A program made the position numbers and the translations under genes. A stretch of DNA of 64,000 bases from a virus: positions 46,117 to 110,116 of the IMG/VR virus record IMGVR_UViG_3300036760_000689. One strand, written 5' to 3'. The first letter of the stretch is position 1, and each line of letters opens with the position of its first letter. Below are positions 19,797-30,046 of this stretch, in pieces. Under the pieces are notes generated by a model. The model did not search any database. It was not told where the DNA came from and saw nothing but the letters and a program-made list of their open reading frames with translations.

Positions 19797-22045
19797 CAGT
19801 ACCTCGTGCAGATCCCTTTAATGACCTCAAACTGGGTCAAAGTCGCGTATGATCCCACCCCTGAGGCAGACTGATAATATATTGGAAATGGTCTGATTCC
19901 AAACATATGAACTCCAGCACATCTCCTGACAATTGCCGTTTGGGTGATAGTATTCCAACCGCCGCCGCCGAGTTGATATTCCGCCACACTGAAGATAGCT
20001 TGCTTATCGGTAGGATCCTTTTTGATCCACAATCTCAATTCCACATCGCACGGCATCGTAGGTATGCTTGCATTAGGGATGGTTACCTTGGCACTGGTGC
20101 TGATAGCGGATGGAGTTGCACTTGAATCAAGCGGCGTGTTAATACCCAGTCCAATTTCAAAATCGACAAGATGACTTCCTCCATTTTCTTTATGGCGAAG
20201 AACCAATCCAGGCAGCATAGTGTCATAGCCATAATACATCATTCCGTGCGCAGGAAGTTGGAACAATATTCCAACACCGCCAGCATTGGGACATCCACCG
20301 CTACCGTTGGTAAAGAGGACTGACCATTTTGCGCGGAGCTGAATCTCTCCCTCCGCTCTCGACGGAAATATTCTGAATCGTGCGGCTGGTCCGACGTAAC
20401 CGTATTGGTTGCCCGATGCGCTTCCAGCCGATCCTTTTACAGTCGCATCCGCGAGCATAGTCAAGGTTACGTCTCCACCTTGAATCGTAGGAATCCACCA
20501 ATTTGGATCGTTGAATTGAGTCCAGGTATGATCTCCCTCGACATAATCCGATGTGATGCCCATAAAACTGGTACTGTGAATCAACCCGCCATCCGACCTC
20601 GAGTACCAGTTTTCAAACCAGACGCGGACTTCCACGTTGGTAACGGTGTCTGGAACTTGTACAGGCCCCGTTTGAAAAGATCGGGCCGAGTAGTTCCCAT
20701 AGATCCAATTGCTGCCGGGCGAATTTTCATTCCATATCCCATGGTTCGCCTCCGCGCCAAGGTAACCTTCGGTATTCCACAACCAAGGGGGTTTTACAAT
20801 CTTGATGCGAACCTGGTCAAAGATATCACCCGTTTTATGGGCTGTTGCCTGAAAACGATCCGATCCATCCGTGCCAATGGTGGTGCTCAGAGTGTCAAGT
20901 GTCGCCCAAGTACAATGATCGGCATCAAACGTACCGTTGCCTCTTACGTCAACGAGAATAAGATCGCCGATGCTGGCCGTTCCCCAACCAGCTCCCCCGT
21001 TGCTAAATTCTCCAGTCGCTGGATCGTAATTGTGATTTACACCTGACCCGTCATAATAAGTAACGGCAACCCCAGCATTTGCATCCAAAGCCCTCCAAGA
21101 TCCCGTATCAGCATCCTTAAATTGCGCCCAGAAAAAGAGGATGCAGTTCCCATTGGTTCTTGGCCTTGATGCTGATGCTACGTAGGTATTCGGCACGGAT
21201 CCGGGGCATAAGGTTACTTCCCAATCGGCTGGGGGACCCGCGTCGGAAGCGGTCATTGTATCGGCATATTGATAAACCAAGGCAGGAGTGGGATTTCCGT
21301 CCGTCCAATTCGACCATCCATAAGTGTCTTTCAATCGCCAAGCGAAATACCACCTGCCTTGAGCAAAAGATCTGAAGAGATAGGAACATCCCCTATAAGT
21401 CGCACGAAGGCCCGTAATGATGAGTTGAGTGACGCCATCGTGAACAAACGATCCACCTTCGGCTGGAGTTCTCATGTCCACATAGGCGGGCAATACCGTG
21501 CTCGGGTCCACATACATCGCCCTGAACTCGCCTTCAATAACGGTGGAATTATTATAGGCAGCGATACACGATGAATGCCCCATAAGGCCATCGAACTGCA
21601 ACGCCGCTGCCAGTCCATCGGGTTTGTTGGCGGCAACGATCGCATAAATGGTCACCGCATAGGTGATTGCGATGGCATAGGTATGAGCGCCACTGTCGTT
21701 ATTCTTGATCCTCAGATGCATATGAAGCGAGACATCCAGATCCTCATAATGACAGACGAAGGATTCGTTCCTGCCGAAATAGTTGGCACCGCGCTCTTCT
21801 ACAGGATCATAGAAAGGAACAGTATGACTCTGCGTCCAGGGAGCCGTTGCATAGATCAGATCTGCATCAGCACGGGCCGATGTTTTATGGATGAAAAATT
21901 CCGCTGTTCCGCCAGCACTATTTGGGGTGATCTTGATTCGGAAGATGTCGATGCCATTATCAGGCATGATGCGGTCGATATCCAACGTTGCGCCGGCACC
22001 TACTGAAGCTGTAGTGAAACTATCCTGAGTAAATCTTGATGTCAT
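19796..22045 (-). CDS. Tail / receptor-binding protein, paralog 1
   Basis: GRWYFAWRL, WTDGN, GPPADWEVTL, RPRTNG and LVDVRG are shared with the next two genes. Confidence 0.7.
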   Translation of the reverse strand: MTSRFTQDSFTTASVGAGATLDIDRIMPDNGIDIFRIKITPNSAGGTAEFFIHKTSARADADLIYATAPWTQSHTVPFYDPVEERGANYFGRNESFVCHYEDLDVSLHMHLRIKNNDSGAHTYAIAITYAVTIYAIVAANKPDGLAAALQFDGLMGHSSCIAAYNNSTVIEGEFRAMYVDPSTVLPAYVDMRTPAEGGSFVHDGVTQLIITGLRATYRGCSYLFRSFAQGRWYFAWRLKDTYGWSNWTDGNPTPALVYQYADTMTASDAGPPADWEVTLCPGSVPNTYVASASRPRTNGNCILFFWAQFKDADTGSWRALDANAGVAVTYYDGSGVNHNYDPATGEFSNGGAGWGTASIGDLILVDVRGNGTFDADHCTWATLDTLSTTIGTDGSDRFQATAHKTGDIFDQVRIKIVKPPWLWNTEGYLGAEANHGIWNENSPGSNWIYGNYSARSFQTGPVQVPDTVTNVEVRVWFENWYSRSDGGLIHSTSFMGITSDYVEGDHTWTQFNDPNWWIPTIQGGDVTLTMLADATVKGSAGSASGNQYGYVGPAARFRIFPSRAEGEIQLRAKWSVLFTNGSGGCPNAGGVGILFQLPAHGMMYYGYDTMLPGLVLRHKENGGSHLVDFEIGLGINTPLDSSATPSAISTSAKVTIPNASIPTMPCDVELRLWIKKDPTDKQAIFSVAEYQLGGGGWNTITQTAIVRRCAGVHMFGIRPFPIYYQSASGVGSYATLTQFEVIKGICTRY

Positions 22046-22049
22046 GGCG

Positions 22050-24371
22050 CTAATAGACCTCAGCTAAACCATTGATAATTTCCACTTTGGTAAGCCACGC
22101 CAATGTATATTGTTGAACGCAAGTTGCGACGATCCCCACGAACAGTTCCAGACCGCCTACCTGTGCCGAAAAACCATCCCGTGCCCAGACTGGAAATACA
22201 GGCATGGTTTTGCCCGGCGTTCCAAATACCACTCCTTGAACATCCACTTCAGACATGGCGAATGAAGGCATCGAACTCACAGCATTGTGGAAATACCACG
22301 AAGCCTTGACAGTGATGTTCTCTCCAAAATCTGGAGCAATTACGTTGTTGTAACCTATTGCGTTTGGATACTGGATGATCGCAAATCCAGCCTCGTTTGC
22401 GCGATGTTGAAGCCAGACGCCGTTGACACACATCCATGGTGGAACGTGGCTATCGCCACCAATGGCCGTGAGGGCAGCTCCCATGACTGGATAATTCCAT
22501 CCAGCACTCGGACCAGAAAAGAAGAGACCGATCGCCAATCGATCACCAGTTGAAAGCGGATATATCGTCACATTCTCAAACGTAACTCTGACGGTTAAAA
22601 GACCAGTCGCATCAGGGTAGAGTCTGAATCTGGCCTTCACACCCATGGCAGAGTTGTATCCCTGTTGATAGGTTCCCACCGCCTCCATCACGCACATACG
22701 GCTTGTAAGACCGCCGTGCAACGGGAAGGTTATTTGCCCCCAGTCGGATTGTGGATGGACAGGAATCCAATATTTGGTATCCCCCATGTTTGTGAAGGTT
22801 CTCGGTGCCTGGATTATCCCGACGCCTCCAGTTTTACCTGTACTATGAGTCGCATTATTGTCGGACCGCGAATAGGTATTTTCGAAGAAAACCCTAGCCT
22901 CAGGGTTTGTGATCGAAACAGGAACGGCGATCGGATCGGAGAGGAATTCCAAAGTCGATTTGTCATAGATCTGGGGACTGTTAAAAACTCCGCCACCCGG
23001 ATACCAGACGTTATGCCGGTTGTTTTCGCCTACGTTCCACCATCCACGATTGGCATAAGCCGATCCTCCCAGATATCCATTCGTTGTCCAAGTCCATGGG
23101 GGCCTGACGATCTTGATCCTCAAATCAGTGAATTGTTGTGGGCGGACGGAACTGGACGGCAAAACAAACGGTTGACCGTTTACCGTAAATACATTGCCCA
23201 TCCAAAAGGGTTGCAAGGTCAGGGTCGTTCCGGACACCGCCTTGACAAGCGCCCACTGGCAATGTGCGATGGCAAAATCTCCGCCACGCACATCGATCAA
23301 TACCAGATCATCTGTTTGCGCGACGCCATAAGTTCCTGAAACTTTACCAACGGTTACGCCATCGGCCGAGATCGTGTGGGCAATTGCAGATCCATCATAG
23401 GTAACGGTTCCAGGTGCCGATGCAGTATCCACGGCGACCCAAGATCCTGTACTGGCATCCTTGATCTGCACAGACCAATAGAGAATGGTTCCGCCGTTGG
23501 TTCTTGGCCGGGTAGCGCGCACCATTACGGTGCCGATCGAAGGACCATCCTCCAATGTTACTTCCCAATCGGCTGGCGGACCTATATCTGCTGTTGCGCT
23601 GGATTCTGTATCGACATATTGAAGGACATGATTCGGAACAAGGTTGCCATCGGTCCATCGCGACCAACCAACTGGATTATGCAAACGCCATGCAAAATAC
23701 CATCGGCCTGGTCCAGCAGAAAGAAAGGTATAGTTGGCCCCACCTGAATCGGCCGTGATGTTCTCGATTTGAAGGTTGGTCACGCCGTCTGGGATAAAAG
23801 TGCCACCTTCGGAAACCAAGGAGAGATCGGCATATGCCGTGGCACCAGAAGCATAATATTTTGCTCTGAACTCACCAAGATCGATTGTCGCATTGTATCT
23901 GGAGGCCGTGACAATATTGAGAAGTCTCAAGCCATTCGCAACTGCTCGGCCAACCAAACCCTCAGGAGATCCAGGGACGGCAGCCACATCGGTTGGCATG
24001 ACCTCATATTTGATCGTAACGGTGTAGGTCTTGGCAGCACTGTGATTGTTCTTGAAGGTAAAGTGCAAACATTTGGTATTATCCTCATCGTAATAGGGAA
24101 TGATCCATCCTTCATTGATCTCGGCCCCAGTAGAATCTACAGGATCGATCGATGATGCTCCCGTGAATGCCTTGGTTGACCAGATGATGTCGGATGAACC
24201 GCGAGCGGCCTTTTTATAGATTATGACCTGATCTGTTCCAGCATGAATCGAAGGGATGATTTTAATCAGTCCGATGTCGATCGTATCAAGAAGGATCGTC
24301 AAATCGTAATTCAGGGAGCCTCCCGGTGAGACAGATGAAGTGGTGAAAACTACTGTTGTGAATCGGGCCAT
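22050..24371 (-). CDS. Tail / receptor-binding protein, paralog 2
   Basis: Same motifs; divergent C-terminal domain. Confidence 0.7.
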   Translation of the reverse strand: MARFTTVVFTTSSVSPGGSLNYDLTILLDTIDIGLIKIIPSIHAGTDQVIIYKKAARGSSDIIWSTKAFTGASSIDPVDSTGAEINEGWIIPYYDEDNTKCLHFTFKNNHSAAKTYTVTIKYEVMPTDVAAVPGSPEGLVGRAVANGLRLLNIVTASRYNATIDLGEFRAKYYASGATAYADLSLVSEGGTFIPDGVTNLQIENITADSGGANYTFLSAGPGRWYFAWRLHNPVGWSRWTDGNLVPNHVLQYVDTESSATADIGPPADWEVTLEDGPSIGTVMVRATRPRTNGGTILYWSVQIKDASTGSWVAVDTASAPGTVTYDGSAIAHTISADGVTVGKVSGTYGVAQTDDLVLIDVRGGDFAIAHCQWALVKAVSGTTLTLQPFWMGNVFTVNGQPFVLPSSSVRPQQFTDLRIKIVRPPWTWTTNGYLGGSAYANRGWWNVGENNRHNVWYPGGGVFNSPQIYDKSTLEFLSDPIAVPVSITNPEARVFFENTYSRSDNNATHSTGKTGGVGIIQAPRTFTNMGDTKYWIPVHPQSDWGQITFPLHGGLTSRMCVMEAVGTYQQGYNSAMGVKARFRLYPDATGLLTVRVTFENVTIYPLSTGDRLAIGLFFSGPSAGWNYPVMGAALTAIGGDSHVPPWMCVNGVWLQHRANEAGFAIIQYPNAIGYNNVIAPDFGENITVKASWYFHNAVSSMPSFAMSEVDVQGVVFGTPGKTMPVFPVWARDGFSAQVGGLELFVGIVATCVQQYTLAWLTKVEIINGLAEVY

Positions 24372-24377
24372 AATCCC

Positions 24378-26660
24378 TTACCTCACGAGCCGATGCTGCA
24401 CGACGATTCCCTTAATTATTTCGCATTCCTTGAGCGTAGCGTAGATCCCAGTCGCACTGGGTGCTGCCGTAGCATATGACAGACGGGCGCGGATGATACC
24501 AAACATGGGAGTGAATCCTCGCAAACCGGCCATCTGGTTCCCATATGTGATTAGATGCCACGCAAGTCCCATATTATTATCAATCCAGGTTGCTCCGTTA
24601 TCTAAACTGTAGGCCATTTCAATGGGCGTGAAATCCGTACCATCACGATCCCCATATTTCACCTTGATTTCGAGGTTGTATCCGGCGGCGGGTCTGCTCG
24701 CTGTAATGTAATTTGCGGTCGGTGGTATTCCATAGTGGCTCCAGGGATAGATCGTCCCCTCAGTGGCATTCAGGTAACCGTCCGTCGCCATGAAATCAAT
24801 ATCGGCATTGTTTCTGTAGTTACCCCACAAAATCATTCCCTCAGGAAAGATGTGAACTCCACTGGAATTCGCGTCACAGATGATGAGTGAAGATCTGTCC
24901 TCTTGTGCGCCGATTGTCCACTGATCCAACTGAACGTCTTCAAAACGGACTCGGAGTTCAATCAAACTCTGATCATCGGGATAGATCTCAAAACGGCCCC
25001 TGACTCCCCAGAAATCTCCTGGAGTCGTAATTACGTTGTCACCGCCACCATACTTCTGAATCACCTTGCGAATATATTTGCCGCCGCAACGTACAGACCC
25101 ATTGGAGGCATCGAAGATCACCGATCCTGTTTGTGGGGACGAATAAATCGGAATCCAGTATCTCCGATCGCTGAAATTATTGAAGAGGCGAGATGATGCG
25201 TAGCCGCGTTTACCTGAAGAATGAACTAAAGTGTTGTCATTTCGACAATAACCATTTTCAAACCAGATTCTCGCTTCCGTACTAGTCAGGGATACGGGAA
25301 CCTCGAGGGCAGTAGTTATGAATTCGTCCGTTGACCAATCATCCCAATAGATCAATTGGTCTTCAAGACGTATCGGCCACCATCCGTGATTGGCTTCGCC
25401 GCCTAGATATCCACCATCCTGCCAGCTCATCGGATGTTTGATAACGATCAGGCGCAGATCGGTCATTGTCTGAGGATAAAAGAAGCCAGTGCAAACCAAT
25501 GTCGTAGCACTGACAGAACGAACAAGCGCCCACTGGCAATATTGCTCATCCCAAGTCACCCCACCGCCACGCACATCTAAGAGGACAAGATCTCCCTCTA
25601 TTGCCGTGCCGAACCCCGAGGCAGTGCCGTCCGTGAGCGTTTTATAATCATCGTCCAAATTGTAGGAAATCGCGCGACCATCCTTTTTCATATGATCTAC
25701 ATCGATTCCCTGAAGCAACGTTTTCCAGGTCGCTCCTACTCCATCCTTTAGTTGTACAATGTAGTCGGTGATGACCAATGAATTGGAACGTGGTCTTTGG
25801 GCATTCACAAGGACCGTATTAGTAACAGGTCCATCCTGCAGATATACATCCCATCCACTAGGTTTGTCATCATCCGCCTGCATGTCGGTATCGACGAATT
25901 TGGTTACCTTCGAGGGGGTAACATTCCCATCTGTCCAAACCGAAGGACCTGAAGCATTGACCAATTTCCAGGCATAATACCACCGGCCTATGGATCCTGA
26001 CGTAAAGACATACTGAGATCCAGTTTCGTCGGCTATCAATGAGGTGGCGATGATGGCTGTTGTTCCGTCGTGGACGAGTGTTCCTCCCTCAGAAGGTGTC
26101 CGCAAATCATATTGGGCCTGAACAGGTGATCCGCTTGACACGAGTTTGGCTCGGAACTCGGCTGAATAAATCCCATCAGTATTTTTGAAAGCTTTTACTC
26201 GAGACATCGTCTCGGATCCGCGCCTAATCGCCCGTTGGAGCAGCCAGTCTGGAGTATTTAATATAACAGTCGTCCCGCCGACAGTGATCACTTCATAGGT
26301 GACCGTTCCTGTGTATGTGACGGTGACGGCATGATTATTTTCAATGCGGATGTAGAGTTTGCTGGTCGATGAAAGATCCTCATAAGGGAAGAGAAAGCCC
26401 TGGTTCCGCTCCGAGATGATGACCCCACTCTCTTCGCACGGGTCAATTAAACTTCCTGAATATTCCTTGGTCGCATAAATCAGATCGGCATCCGCATAGG
26501 TGCCGTTTTTGTACATAAACACCTTGGTCGGAGCGTTGAAGATCGAGGGAACGATCTTGATTTTCACGACATTGATGGAATTCGACACCGCAACGTTGAA
26601 GTTCAGATAGGACCCTGCGGCGATCGTTTTGGTGAAACTGACAGTCTGGAATCTAGCCAT
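24378..26660 (-). CDS. Tail / receptor-binding protein, paralog 3
   Basis: GRWYYAWKL, WTDGN, LLDVRGG, EARIWFEN. Confidence 0.7.
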   Translation of the reverse strand: MARFQTVSFTKTIAAGSYLNFNVAVSNSINVVKIKIVPSIFNAPTKVFMYKNGTYADADLIYATKEYSGSLIDPCEESGVIISERNQGFLFPYEDLSSTSKLYIRIENNHAVTVTYTGTVTYEVITVGGTTVILNTPDWLLQRAIRRGSETMSRVKAFKNTDGIYSAEFRAKLVSSGSPVQAQYDLRTPSEGGTLVHDGTTAIIATSLIADETGSQYVFTSGSIGRWYYAWKLVNASGPSVWTDGNVTPSKVTKFVDTDMQADDDKPSGWDVYLQDGPVTNTVLVNAQRPRSNSLVITDYIVQLKDGVGATWKTLLQGIDVDHMKKDGRAISYNLDDDYKTLTDGTASGFGTAIEGDLVLLDVRGGGVTWDEQYCQWALVRSVSATTLVCTGFFYPQTMTDLRLIVIKHPMSWQDGGYLGGEANHGWWPIRLEDQLIYWDDWSTDEFITTALEVPVSLTSTEARIWFENGYCRNDNTLVHSSGKRGYASSRLFNNFSDRRYWIPIYSSPQTGSVIFDASNGSVRCGGKYIRKVIQKYGGGDNVITTPGDFWGVRGRFEIYPDDQSLIELRVRFEDVQLDQWTIGAQEDRSSLIICDANSSGVHIFPEGMILWGNYRNNADIDFMATDGYLNATEGTIYPWSHYGIPPTANYITASRPAAGYNLEIKVKYGDRDGTDFTPIEMAYSLDNGATWIDNNMGLAWHLITYGNQMAGLRGFTPMFGIIRARLSYATAAPSATGIYATLKECEIIKGIVVQHRLVR

Positions 26661-26666
26661 GGTTGC

Positions 26667-27053
26667 CTAGCACCGGGCCATTTGGATTTTGAAGGTAAAG
26701 TTGATAATCCCGCCAATTGCCAACGTGGTTCCGGGAGCCTTAACCTCCCTGAGTAACATGTTTCCACCGGATCCAGCGTCAAAAAGACCCCATTCCGTAA
26801 TCGTCAATACGGCATTCGCCGTAAGCGACCCACTCACCTGATAAGTATCGCCGACCTGGGTGATCGTGATGATGGAGGATACGGCGGTCGCACGTGTATA
26901 TCCGCCCGTTGTATCTTCGGTGGCTAAATGGATATCGGCATTGGTCGGGCCAGTCGTACCAATTCCCCAACCGATATAAAGAGGCTCATCGCCGACACCC
27001 TTGATGCGATTGGCGAGAATGTTAAGCCCCTTATTTGTGATCACTTTGGCCAT
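26667..27053 (-). CDS. Tail collar / fibre-anchor-like small protein
   Basis: ITNKG...YIGWGIGTT...ITEWGLFDA. Confidence 0.65.
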   Translation of the reverse strand: MAKVITNKGLNILANRIKGVGDEPLYIGWGIGTTGPTNADIHLATEDTTGGYTRATAVSSIITITQVGDTYQVSGSLTANAVLTITEWGLFDAGSGGNMLLREVKAPGTTLAIGGIINFTFKIQMARC

Positions 27054-27062
27054 TGTTCCCCC

Positions 27063-27452
27063 TTAAGGTTCGTGTGTCTGACCTTTAACCTCTTCCAAAT
27101 ACCAGAGAAGCGCATATCTCCATTGAACCCAACCCACCGCGATGGCTATTGATTGATCCTTGAGCAGATCCACAAGCCAGTCCAATTGACCCATTGTAAT
27201 CGTGATCTCATTGCTATTTGGCTGCTCGCTTTCTACCAATGTTTCTTGCCAGACCGCCCATATCTTGCCCTCAAGAGGATTCATTCCTTTTGGGAATTTG
27301 GCTTGAACCAGACTGCAGATCACCATTCTGCTGCCATCCCCGATATCGGCGAGGTGATCCCTGTCGGCCTTCAATAAGGCTATCTTGGGTTTGGTCAAAT
27401 CGATCACAACCTCTTTCGCCGATTCATTCAATCTTTGACCGACAATTCCCAT
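27063..27452 (-). CDS. Putative fibre-associated chaperone (paralog of 39468-39887)
   Basis: KEVVIDLTKPK, FPKGM, MGQLDWL, VQWRYALLWYL. Confidence 0.55.
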   Translation of the reverse strand: MGIVGQRLNESAKEVVIDLTKPKIALLKADRDHLADIGDGSRMVICSLVQAKFPKGMNPLEGKIWAVWQETLVESEQPNSNEITITMGQLDWLVDLLKDQSIAIAVGWVQWRYALLWYLEEVKGQTHEP

Positions 27453-27464
27453 GATTTATCCTCG

Positions 27465-28232
27465 CTAGTTCCAAACAGGAATCCATGCCCTGCCATCATC
27501 GGATAGGGTGATCGGCAACCAACCACTCTGGGCGGCACTCTGGGGACCCTCTTCGGTCTCATATCCGATAACGACATGAGCGCCTGAACCAGCATCGGCA
27601 ATTACGGGTATGCCGAACTTAACCGTTGAGTCTGCGGCAATAAGAGTGAGCGGAGATCCTAATTGTCCTGAGGTATGGTTGTAAAACGACAAATCAGTTG
27701 AGTTACCAAGCAGACCCACTGACCACCCATATGTAGTATCTACACCCCGCATAAATCTTATTAGGGCTTCAAACGAAACATAGTAACTGCGGATGGTCAT
27801 ACGAGTATTGTCCGAACTTGTGAGATCTAAGGTGGCACCCATCGCGGCATGAAAGAATGCATGGGTACTAGAAAAATTCGCCGTAGAACCTATTCCCATA
27901 GCGCCATCTGCCAGGACTGCGAAACAGGGATCTTGACCGTGAATTAGCACGGCCATAAGAATTGATTGGCTGTCGTAGGCGGTCTCGGTAACGTCGATCT
28001 GAAATCCGGTAAACTTAACGGCGGCATTGTTCCAGGTGACATTATATGAGAAAGGAGCGTTCGCCGTTATCGTGCCGTGATTGATGGTTACTTGGCCGGT
28101 GAATGTCGGAGATACGGATGGGGCAAAACCAGTGTGACCTGACGCCGCGAAGGTCAAATTAGTTAAAGCCGCGTGATCCGTAACACCAGGAGACCCACCG
28201 CCTCCAGCCATTCCAAGATAACTGACGCCCAT
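27465..28232 (-). CDS. Short fibre protein
   Basis: TDHAALTNLTFAASGHTGFAP...SPTFTG. Confidence 0.65.
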   Translation of the reverse strand: MGVSYLGMAGGGGSPGVTDHAALTNLTFAASGHTGFAPSVSPTFTGQVTINHGTITANAPFSYNVTWNNAAVKFTGFQIDVTETAYDSQSILMAVLIHGQDPCFAVLADGAMGIGSTANFSSTHAFFHAAMGATLDLTSSDNTRMTIRSYYVSFEALIRFMRGVDTTYGWSVGLLGNSTDLSFYNHTSGQLGSPLTLIAADSTVKFGIPVIADAGSGAHVVIGYETEEGPQSAAQSGWLPITLSDDGRAWIPVWN

Positions 28233-28244
28233 GGTTTTGGCTCC

Positions 28245-28544
28245 TTAGAAGACTTCATAAAAAAAGTTGACGCCGTCTCCCATTTCACCGATGAGGTAGA
28301 TCTCGGAGAGATTAACGCAGTTCTGTCCAGTTCCACCAAGGGTCAAGACTGGAATTTGACCAGTAGTGGGCGGGACGGCGATTTCGATGCCTCGGATGGC
28401 GGCTACGGTGTGGTCACCAAGCATAAATGCTGCGTTATTGCCACGGATTGCTTGGATCAGAACCTGATTGCAGATTACCGTTGTTGCCGACAGAGGTTCA
28501 GCGCTCGTGGTCGAAAGCACCTTTTGGGATAGAATCCAACTCAT
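28245..28544 (-). CDS. Small beta-sandwich virion protein (similar to 38769-39095)
   Basis: IQAIRGN...NLSEIYLIGEMGDGV. Confidence 0.55.
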   Translation of the reverse strand: MSWILSQKVLSTTSAEPLSATTVICNQVLIQAIRGNNAAFMLGDHTVAAIRGIEIAVPPTTGQIPVLTLGGTGQNCVNLSEIYLIGEMGDGVNFFYEVF

Positions 28545-28553
28545 GATGCCCTC

Positions 28554-28778
28554 CTACGGGATCTGTCTGCCCTTATCCGTCCCATTTGGAAGATCTTCGT
28601 CATCCAAGACGAACGGTGTTATGAATTGACCCCCTGCCTTGGTACCGCAATCTGGAATGGCGAAGTTCATGCTGGGATCATCTGGGGATCGGCCCTCCGG
28701 GATCTTGTGACCCGTTGGGGCCTGGTTGTAAGTCCGTTGTGATCTCTCGGGTGGATTTGGTATTTCTTTTCTTGCCAT
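28554..28778 (-). CDS. Hypothetical protein
   Basis: GGAGG Shine-Dalgarno before MARKEIP; fills the operon gap. Confidence 0.5.
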   Translation of the reverse strand: MARKEIPNPPERSQRTYNQAPTGHKIPEGRSPDDPSMNFAIPDCGTKAGGQFITPFVLDDEDLPNGTDKGRQIP

Positions 28779-28797
28779 AATTCCTCCAAACATCATC

Positions 28798-29451
28798 TTA
28801 CAATTGTTCTGTCAATCCCCAAGTGGCTTTTGAGTAATCCTCTTCCCCGATCGGAGTCTGACAAGCCATTTGCCGTACCAGGATCCTACTGTCGCACCAG
28901 CACTTGAATCCCAGAAGCATGGCACGTCTGCAAAAGTCAATATCCTCTCCGATTGTCAGATCCAACGTTGGACGGAAATAAGGTGACTCCATGGCCTTGA
29001 AGACTTCCATCTTAACCAGCATGACTCCAGTTCCCACACCTCCAGAACATTCAAATAATGCCTTTTTGGGATAATCCCAGATGGGAACTGGTCGGCCATT
29101 GGTTCCAGATTCGAAACATAAGGGTTTTATTGGAGGGCCAGCCGTGAAAAACAATGGGACAACAATATCCACATCATCTGCCAGAAGATGATCAATCAGT
29201 TTCTGGGGACAAACCATGTCATCGTCAATCTGGAGAAGATGTGAGCAACCCTTTTGCTGGGCTATGCGAACCGCTCCTTCACGAACAGGAATGATCTTGA
29301 CCTTTGGACCTCCTACCATCCAACAAACCGCGTAACGTCCTTCCAGTTCGGCCCTGCCGGTTTCCTGCGACAGGATAAGGAAATGTATGAAAGGATATGG
29401 CTCCACGGCATGATAATTCGGTACTGAAACGAGAATTCTAGGAATCGACAT
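28798..29451 (-). CDS. Glycosyltransferase family 2 (GT-A fold)-like protein
   Basis: HLLQIDDD (DxD), GTGVMLVKMEVF, GEDIDFC. Confidence 0.8.
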   Translation of the reverse strand: MSIPRILVSVPNYHAVEPYPFIHFLILSQETGRAELEGRYAVCWMVGGPKVKIIPVREGAVRIAQQKGCSHLLQIDDDMVCPQKLIDHLLADDVDIVVPLFFTAGPPIKPLCFESGTNGRPVPIWDYPKKALFECSGGVGTGVMLVKMEVFKAMESPYFRPTLDLTIGEDIDFCRRAMLLGFKCWCDSRILVRQMACQTPIGEEDYSKATWGLTEQL

Positions 29452-29480
29452 ATTGCTTATCCTGTGATACAGTCTGCGAC

Positions 29481-30035
29481 ATGATGAACACCGAACTTAG
29501 ACCAGATGAGTCCAGGCGCAAGGAATATGTCGTCAAAACCTGTCCATGTTGTGGAAAAGAGTTTCCTCTCGTTCCTTGGCAAGCGCGAGGGAAGAGGCAG
29601 AGACGGTTTTGTAGTAAACCATGCTCTTCCAGGTTCAATGAGACCGGCAAGATCAAAAGCCCGAGGCAGAAGATGGAATGTCCAATCTGCGGAACCACCT
29701 ACACCAGAACAAAGGGGGAGGCATTGGCTAGACGCAGAGAGACATGCTCCCGAGAATGCGGTTTTAAGAGCATGGCAATCAGAAAGACCAAAACGGAATT
29801 TGGGAGCGCCCCCAACGTTCACAGAGATAATCTCAGGAAAATAAGACCGATGGAACGATGTGAACTCTGCGGATGGAACGCCGAGCCAAGAATTCTTCAA
29901 ATGCATCACATGGACGGCAATGATAAGAATGGCAATCCAGAGAATCTCAAATGGTTGTGTCCAAACTGTCATTCCCTTGAACATTTGCGCTCCAAGACTG
30001 GGTGGTATGCATCCATTCGAAAACGAGCCTCATAA
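29481..30035 (+). CDS. HNH endonuclease with Zn-finger repeats, antisense to the operon
   Basis: CPCCGKEF...FCSKPC; CELCG...HHMDGNDKNGNPENLKWLCPNCH. Confidence 0.9.
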   Translation: MMNTELRPDESRRKEYVVKTCPCCGKEFPLVPWQARGKRQRRFCSKPCSSRFNETGKIKSPRQKMECPICGTTYTRTKGEALARRRETCSRECGFKSMAIRKTKTEFGSAPNVHRDNLRKIRPMERCELCGWNAEPRILQMHHMDGNDKNGNPENLKWLCPNCHSLEHLRSKTGWYASIRKRAS

Positions 30036-30046
30036 TCCCCATAACC

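Noticed and set aside
7905-26660. Diversity-generating retroelement acting on tail paralogs
   Set aside because: No reverse transcriptase and no TR/VR pair differing only at adenines was seen in the window.
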